From an uncultured Chthonomonadaceae bacterium (GTDB taxonomy: Bacteria > Armatimonadota > Chthonomonadetes > Chthonomonadales > Chthonomonadaceae): DNA of 64,000 bases. The stretch lies in contig CAWIEK010000044.1 of assembly GCA_963835065.1 (NCBI GenBank), positions 192,001 through 256,000 of the forward strand, given 5' to 3'. Shown piece by piece: positions 62,298 to 64,000 of the stretch (positions are counted from its first letter, which is position 1; every line of letters begins with the position of its first letter). The notes beneath the pieces were generated by a model. That model saw only the letters and a list, made by a program, of their open reading frames with translations. It searched no databases and was not told where the DNA came from. The position numbers were made by a program, and so were the translations under genes.

Positions 62298-64000
62298 ATG
62301 TTACAACCATTCTCTCATCGCTGCACCCAGACACGATCCGTCGCGCAAATGCCCTTGATTGCGAACGGCAGGCCCGCCATTGTCCGGCTGCTGGGCTTGT
62401 TGTGCCTGCTGTGCCTGCTCCTGCCGGGACTGCCCGCGCCAACTCAGGCGCAGAAGGTGACGGGTTCCGGCGACAATTCCTATGGGCAATCCCATCCCCC
62501 CACCAATCTCGGCCCGGTGAAAACGCTTGCGGCAGGGACCTACCACAGCCTGGCCCTCAAACCCGATGGAACCGTTACAGGCTGGGGTTCCAACACCAAC
62601 GGGCAACTCAATGTGCCCGCTTCCATTCAGGGACATGTGGTGGCGATTTCGGCGGGGGCTTTCACAGTCTGGCCCTCAAAGACGACGGAACTATTGTGGG
62701 TTGGGGCTTAAACGGCAATGGGCAGACCAGCGTTCCCGCTTCGGCTCAGGGCCATTTCGCGGCGATTGCGGCGGGCGGCGCGCACAGCCTGGCGCTCGTG
62801 GAGAACGCCGCGCCCCGCTTGACCACGCCCTTGCAGGCTGCCGGCTATGTGGGCGTTCCCGTCGTCTTCACCGCTGCCGCTGAGGACGCCGACCTGCCCA
62901 ACGACACGCTCACCTATAGCCTTGTCAACCCGCCCGCCGGCATGACCATCAATTCCGCCACCGGCCAACTCGCTTTCACTCCCGCCGCTGCCGGGGCTTA
63001 CCTCGCCTGCATCCGCGTCACCGACAAACTCGGCGCAACCGACACCGCTATCACCGCCATTGAAGCCGCCACCAGCACGCCCACCGCCAACGCCGGAGCG
63101 GATCAGAGCGTGACCGTGCCCCATGACGGCAACCCTGCTACGAATACTGTCACCTTTACCCTCAACGGCTCCGCTTCCTCCGACTCCGGCAACGCGCCAC
63201 TCACCTACCAGTGGAAGGACCAGAACAATACCGTTGTCGGCACAACGGCGCAGGTGACACTTTCCCGCGCCGCAGGAACCTACACCTTCACCCTCACCGT
63301 CACCAATCCGGGGCATGTGTCCAGCGCCGCTCAGACGAAGGTAACGGTCAACCCGGAACCCAACCAGACGCCCGCTGCCGTCGCCGGAGCGAACCAGAAC
63401 GTGTTCACACCCGGCACGAGTGCGACTGTCACCCTCGACGGCTCCGCTTCCTTAGACCCGGATGGCGACCCCATCACGTACCAGTGGAGCGAAGGTAACA
63501 TCGTTCTCGCCAACACCGTTCAGCCAACGCTCACCTTGCCTGTCGGCATGCATGTCCTGACGCTGACCGTCACCGATTCCTACGGCGCGTCCGGCTCGGC
63601 TGCCGTCACGGTCACGGTCACGCGCACAAACATCGCGCCCATTCTCAACGCCATTCCCGATCAGAGCGTCCTCGCAGGCCAGACACTTACCTTCACGCCC
63701 ACGCTCGCGCAGCAGGGCAACAACCCGCCGCTGACGTACTCGCTCGTCAACGCCCCTTCGGGTGTCGCCATTGACAACGGCACGGGCAAGGTCAGTTGGA
63801 CGCCTACGACTGCCGGAACTTATACGTTCAGCGTGAAAGTGACGGATGCCGTAGGACTAAGTGACACCAAGCCGGTGAACGTAACAGTCACTTCCGATCC
63901 GAACGGAACCGCGCGGCTGCTCGTCATGGACATCGCGGCGCAGCGGGTGAGCGCCAATAAAGTAACGGTCACGTTCACGCTTGCCAATGCGGGAACGGCG
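62298..64000 (+). CDS. Secreted RCC1-repeat / He_PIG / PKD surface protein (frameshift near 62655; runs off the window)
   Basis: AAGTYHSLALKPDGTV.GWG repeats, LTYSLVNPPAGMTI, PTANAGADQ and DPDGDPITYQW. Confidence 0.85.

Overview
GC-rich bacterial chromosomal segment. The PEP-CTERM protein, DUF1501, diderm TolC efflux system and lineage-type secreted proteins suggest Armatimonadota or a similar diderm environmental lineage (inference only). Housekeeping genes: gyrA (with a 207-aa mini-intein), mtaB, tRNA-Ser(GGA), nadD, rsfS, tatD, ugd, motAB and ruvC. Also present are transporters (MFS, sugar ABC, TetR-HlyD-TolC-DHA2), an orphan HK-CheB-CheR cluster and small accessory modules (nucleotidyltransferase pair, VapBC, HNH pair, Uma2, FRG). 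About eight genes have single-base frameshifts, probably assembly errors. Signals the gene list does not explain: (1) at least five diverged copies of gene 3' ends stranded beyond small cargo cassettes between 26 and 34 kb, with no integrase, suggesting repeated cargo capture by 3'-end replacement; (2) a candidate sigma54-driven, GGA-rich, two-repeat small RNA at about 42.26-42.43 kb; (3) pervasive inverted 7/8-mer tandem arrays and purine/pyrimidine palindromes at gene junctions and in frame inside genes; (4) a GyrA intein at a non-mycobacterial site; (5) a two-lobed aspartyl-protease-like protein with both catalytic Asp replaced by His. No CRISPR array or rRNA was seen.
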